64,000 nucleotides of DNA from Amoebophrya sp. A120 (Eukaryota > Protista > Dinoflagellata). The stretch spans positions 1,713,929-1,777,928 of the forward strand of contig CAJINV010000004.1 of NCBI GenBank assembly GCA_905178155.1, given 5' to 3'. Below the pieces are notes generated by a model. That model saw only the letters and a program-made list of their open reading frames with translations. It was not told the origin of the DNA and ran no database searches. Below, in pieces: positions 59,601 to 64,000 of this stretch. Within the stretch, counting starts at the first letter, position 1. The number at the start of each line of letters is the position of its first letter. Position numbers and translations under genes: made by a program.

Positions 59601-62600
59601 ATCGTCCCGCAACATCCGATTCCGAGGAGCCCGAGCGCGGCGGCTGCGGCGTCGTTGGCGTTTCCGATAGTTGTACAAGCAGCTGCACCAGTGGCGAGCA
59701 GAACTGGTACTGCGCCAAGAATGGTCGAGGACCACTCCGTAGTTCCTCCTGTCGTCGTGAAAACCCGGAATCACGATTTTTTGAACGGGAAGCCGATGCA
59801 GCTGCCCACCTCGACTACTGGAAACGTGGTTGTTGTATCGAGCGGAAGTAGAAAGGAGCGGGCTCGTGCTGTCGTGGTACCAGACCGGGGCCGCCAGGAG
59901 GATGATCAGAACGTCCCCGAAGAGCAGCTGGGGAATTCTAATTCTACTTTACCAGGCGGTGTAATCCATATTCCCACGAAGGAGCTGGCGGTGGTCGAAA
60001 GGTACTACTCGTCCGAAGCTGAAGCACGGGACGAGCAGGACGGAGAGCACGACCTGAATGGTGATCGTGAAGACGTAAACCAAAACGCAATAAAACGCGA
60101 TGCAGCGGATCATGATGATCGTGACGTGCTGCACAAAGATCCTCCCGGGCGTGTTGCTGAAAACAACAAGAAGATGAATTTGGCAGCTGTATTACTAGAG
60201 GAGGAGTTCAACAATACGGAGCATTGTCAGCTTGCTGGAGGAACACTACAACAACCGGAGGAACATCTACATCACCAAGGTCTTGCACAGCATCACACTA
60301 ATTTCGAAATCGCGCCACTGGATGAAAAAGAGAACAGCAAAGAGCTACGAGAAGCTGCAGGAACCTCCAGTAGTGTATCATCTGCTACATTTTCCAAAGC
60401 CGTCAAGCTCCCGGCCATGAACCAGTTCTGTTTCTATCAGGAACCGCCCCCATGTGTAGTAGCTGCATCTGGTACAACTTCTTCGGAGCACATCCATTTC
60501 TCGGACGAAATTGCGCTTCCACTGCCTGAAAATCTAGTACAACACGACGACTGCTCATCTTCATCCTCAATAGTTTCGAATTCCGAAATGGTGAAGAATA
60601 ACATACTGATCAGCATTCCAGTACCGGTAGAACTCGGCGACAGTGAGAAGGAAGAACAAGAAGGAGAATCTGAAGACCCCCGGCACGACCTCGGTGCAGA
60701 AGTGAGAGTAGAAGTTGTGCACGACATAGAAGAATGCAACAAAAACCTCCTGCGAAATCACAACGCGAGCGGGGTTGTAATGAAAAATGCTTCGTCTGTA
60801 AGCGGCGTAGCTGGAGGCGGTGGTGGGACAATTACTTCTTCCACACAGGGCCAATGCAACTACACGGCGACAGTGGGAGCCGTACAAGGAGACGAGACGG
60901 AAAAAGCTCCGTTTGCTGCACCAGCGCAACAGGATCGGCGCGAAGATGGTGGTATCGCCGGCAACTACAAGGGAAATAAGTTTGTCGTGGATGCAAATAA
61001 GAACAGCGGCACTTCCGACAAAAAACAAAATGCGATAAGGATCAATGCGCCTACTACAAGAACTCGAGTACAATCACCTACAACCGCCGCAGCTGGTTCC
61101 TGGACTCCCTCCGTCGCCAAAGAGCGGTTTGTCCCCCAACACACGCAGGACCAATACTTCGAGCAGACGCTCCGGTCGCCAACCTCGACGCCCAGCAATC
61201 TCACGCCGGGATTTGGAACGAACAGAAGTTCAAAAGCAAACCACTCCCGATATGGCGCTCTCAACTGTTACATTCTCAGCGGTTACATGGATTTGTGATG
61301 CAATAATGGCAACAGTTAAAGGGGCAAGCTTGCTGCTTTCGCGTCACAGATTTGGCACAGATTTAGATGCTGCTTAGCCTCTCGGAGATTTGTCACGCGA
61401 AGCAGCTTGGTCACGTGGCGGCTTAGGGTAGTCTCGCATGACAAATTCATGCAACAGTTGAGCTTGAGAATGTAACGTTTGAGAACTCCATACCCGAGCT
61501 GCTGGCGCTGTGCCTGCGTTTAATAATACTCGCAGCAGAAGAGCGAGCTCCGTGGACAAGCTCGTCGCGGATAGAGTAGAACAAGAAGATTTAGCACCAC
61601 CTACGCCAACATCAACTTCAGAACGAGAAATGAAGGCGACAACTACCAGCACAACTACAACGGAGAGAATAAAGCAGAATGCGAAGCCGGTTCTTGTGAA
61701 GATTAGTCTGAGCAAGCAGATCGAAAAATCCGCGAAACTGCGCAACCAATTGGAGCAGCAGTTGGTGGAAATTGAGCGGCTCAAGCAGAAGACGGAAGTA
61801 TCACATGAGTGAAAACTGGGCCCACAGCACCCCAGACCCAGAATCAAGATGGAACTATTGCAACACAAGTGCAGAAGTGTGACCCATCTGTGGTGTAGTT
61901 CAATTTAGCAAGGCCAGCCGCATCACAAAGCCGCTTTCTGTTTCTTATCTTCTTTACAGCATTACAAATGCCAAAAGAAACACGAAGATTGAAAATGCCA
62001 CTCATGGTCATGGCCATACTAGAGGGTGCGCCTAATTGAAAATGTTTCTGCAAGAATTGTAAATCTGCGCGCAACATGACAGCTCTGGGCTGCAGCTGGG
62101 GCAGACGTTTTTACCCCGGATACGGAGATTGCCGAGCAGAATTTGCGAAACGGGTGAAGCACTTAACGCGGGGAATGGCACAGTTGCGGAAGGATTTGTT
62201 GACTACGCCGAATCGGAAAAGGACCAATGAAAAATCTCTTGCGGAGCTGAATAGGCAGAAAAGGGATGCCGAAGAGGGGGTGGTGGCGGCTGTGAAGGAG
62301 TATTTTGTCCTGTGTGTACTTAGGTTTCTATTTCTTGCCCTACGCAATACTAACGTGGTTCTTAAAAGGATTTCTTCTTGGTCATTTCTGAAAAACTAAA
62401 ACTAAAAACAAATTGATCCTATTCCATTCATATAAATACAGGTGGGAGTCCCTGGAGCGTCGCGAGCGCGAAGTTCGGGCGCGACTGCAGAGCACGAGGA
62501 CCAAAGCTTTGTCTGCGATCAAGAAAGACCGGGAATCCAGTGTACAACAGGAGCGGCTGCAGCGTGGAATTATAACACCGGCGAACCACAATATGCTGTT

Positions 62601-62916
62601 CAATCAGCAAACGTATCTGTTCAACCCGGAGGAACGCGAAGATCTCGAGCACCTGGCTCTTCCACCACGGTCGGTGCCTCAACCCGGTGTAGTCGGCGGT
62701 AGTCACGCGGCAGCGATGGAGCATCTCCGGGCACTGGAACGGAATGTGGTACAGCACCTCAACCTTATTCATTGTTTTCTGTAACAACTTTCCGGCAAAA
62801 GGAAAAGCTGCCCGAGTGACGTTCTTGCACTGCATCTCACTCTTCGTCTCTGTTCGCTTTTGCTTTTGCTTTTTCATCGTTTATTCTTGCAGACCACGTT
62901 GCAAGACAAAGAGTAA
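56620..62916 (+). CDS. Large low-complexity protein with a C-terminal coiled coil; 7 introners plus canonical introns (62300-62441 and probably a final one ending at 62892)
   Basis: Frame restored across elements 56699-62122; heptad-like KLRNQLEQQLVEIERLKQK; start and last exon uncertain. Confidence 0.6.
56699..56843. mobile_element. Introner family B
   Basis: DR gttcg/cttcg. Confidence 0.9.
56912..57120. mobile_element. Introner family B-like (diverged)
   Basis: DR gtctc/gtctc. Confidence 0.8.
57501..57657. mobile_element. Introner family B (reverse)
   Basis: DR ccgcg/ccgtg. Confidence 0.9.
58100..58245. mobile_element. Introner family B
   Basis: DR acgga/acgga. Confidence 0.9.
59270..59489. 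mobile_element. Introner family I
   Basis: DR tccct/tccct. Confidence 0.88.
61251..61492. mobile_element. Introner family C (reverse)
   Basis: DR cccga/cccga. Confidence 0.9.
61799..62122. mobile_element. Introner family F-like
   Basis: Right end acgtttttaccccggata; DR ggaag/cggag; frame restored. Confidence 0.75.
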
Positions 62917-62959
62917 GATTTTTGCAAAAGTATAGAATTCAAATTTTATCAGATCGACA

Positions 62960-64000
62960 ATCTCCGTCCGGCCTTTGGCGTTTCGGTAAAAACCAGAAGA
63001 TTTTCCCCCGCCAGAATCCCAAAGAGGTGGAGCCGCCCCGGCCGCGGGCCGGGGAGCACTTGGCAGAAAACAAACGCCCGCAGCCCGTAAAACGCCGGCA
63101 GAGGCTTGGCGCTTTGGCGCTTGCGAGCGCAGAGACCCGGGCCTCTGGGCCCCTCACATTCGGCCGGGCCCGGCCTTCTTGGCTTCGCGTGTTCCTCTGC
63201 TTTGGGGGCCCACATATGCAGGGCCCCTGCAGTGGCTGCTGGTGGTGGTGCCAGGCGGTGCAAATATTTCCGCATTGTGCCCTCCGTTTTGTTTCTTGTC
63301 CCGGTAGTGTCGCAAGGACTGCTATTCAGGCCCCAGCTTTGCGCCACGACAATTTGCGCCCAGCCTTAGCGTAGGCGAGCCGCGCATGCCAGAAGTGGCA
63401 CGCTTTTCAGGTGCGCGCGCCTATCAGAAAACAAAGATGATTGTGCTGTAAGCCCCAGTGCTTACCCGTTGCCCACAAGTTTTCGCAGCGCGATCATGAT
63501 CCAACTGCGCATCCGTTTTGTCTGCCAATGAGACGAGGAAGCTCAATTTTTTTCGGCTCCAATCGCGAATTCTTTCGGCTGGCGGATATGTCCCTAACTG
63601 TAATTTGTCCATTCATATCTCCGTCCGGCTTTTGGCGTTTCGGTAAAAACCAGAAGATTCTATCTCGCACGGGCGACCGACAAATATTTTTTTGGCGCGC
63701 CGTCCTCCGCTTCACTGCACTGCTTTGACCTGGCGCCCTTCTAGTTTCTTGCACGGGTGGCCGACACAATTTTTTTCGCGCGCCTGCCGCGGGCGTGCCC
63801 TTCTTCTTCGTTGCCCTACGCCGAGGGCCATACGCGTTCGCTCGCGGCTGGCCGGCGAAAATTCTTTCCACGGGGGCGCGTTTTTGCTTCTTGGGTGTGG
63901 GCATTTGGAGTGCTGTACTCGGGCTACCCCGGGTCGTGGGTCCACGGGTTTGCTGCCGAGTCACCATCTCAGTGTGTGGCTGGGGTGCCGGTCGCCGCAA
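62960..64000. repeat. GC-rich repetitive region with a 43-bp direct repeat
   Basis: atctccgtccggcYtttggcgtttcggtaaaaaccagaagatt at 62960-63002 and 63617-63659. Confidence 0.5.

Noticed and set aside
1-64000. Autonomous DNA transposase, rRNA or tRNA genes
   Set aside because: None recognisable by eye in this window; the only DDE domain seen is the Copia integrase.

Overview
Eukaryotic, gene-dense window. It contains about ten multi-exon genes, all on the + strand, one intact Ty1/Copia LTR retrotransposon (2569-9004), GC-rich satellites at the left end and a few unexplained repeat/insert blocks. The dominant signal is about 70 short (110-330 bp) non-coding elements in roughly 9 sequence families. 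Nearly all sit inside coding sequence, start with TAT, end with ATA, carry 20-60 bp terminal inverted repeats (TIRs) and are flanked by a 5-bp direct repeat (DR). Removing an element plus one DR copy restores the reading frame at essentially every site I traced, so they behave as transposon-derived introns (introners). They occur in either orientation, and many cannot give GT-AG, GC-AG or AT-AC ends in any register. This architecture (unidirectional gene clusters plus IR/DR-flanked non-canonical introners) matches what has been described for the parasitic dinoflagellate Amoebophrya, so the class is known, but its splicing and mobilisation mechanism is, to my knowledge, unresolved. The taxon assignment is inference. 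Gene models were traced by hand, so exon ends are uncertain by up to 5 bp because of the DRs.
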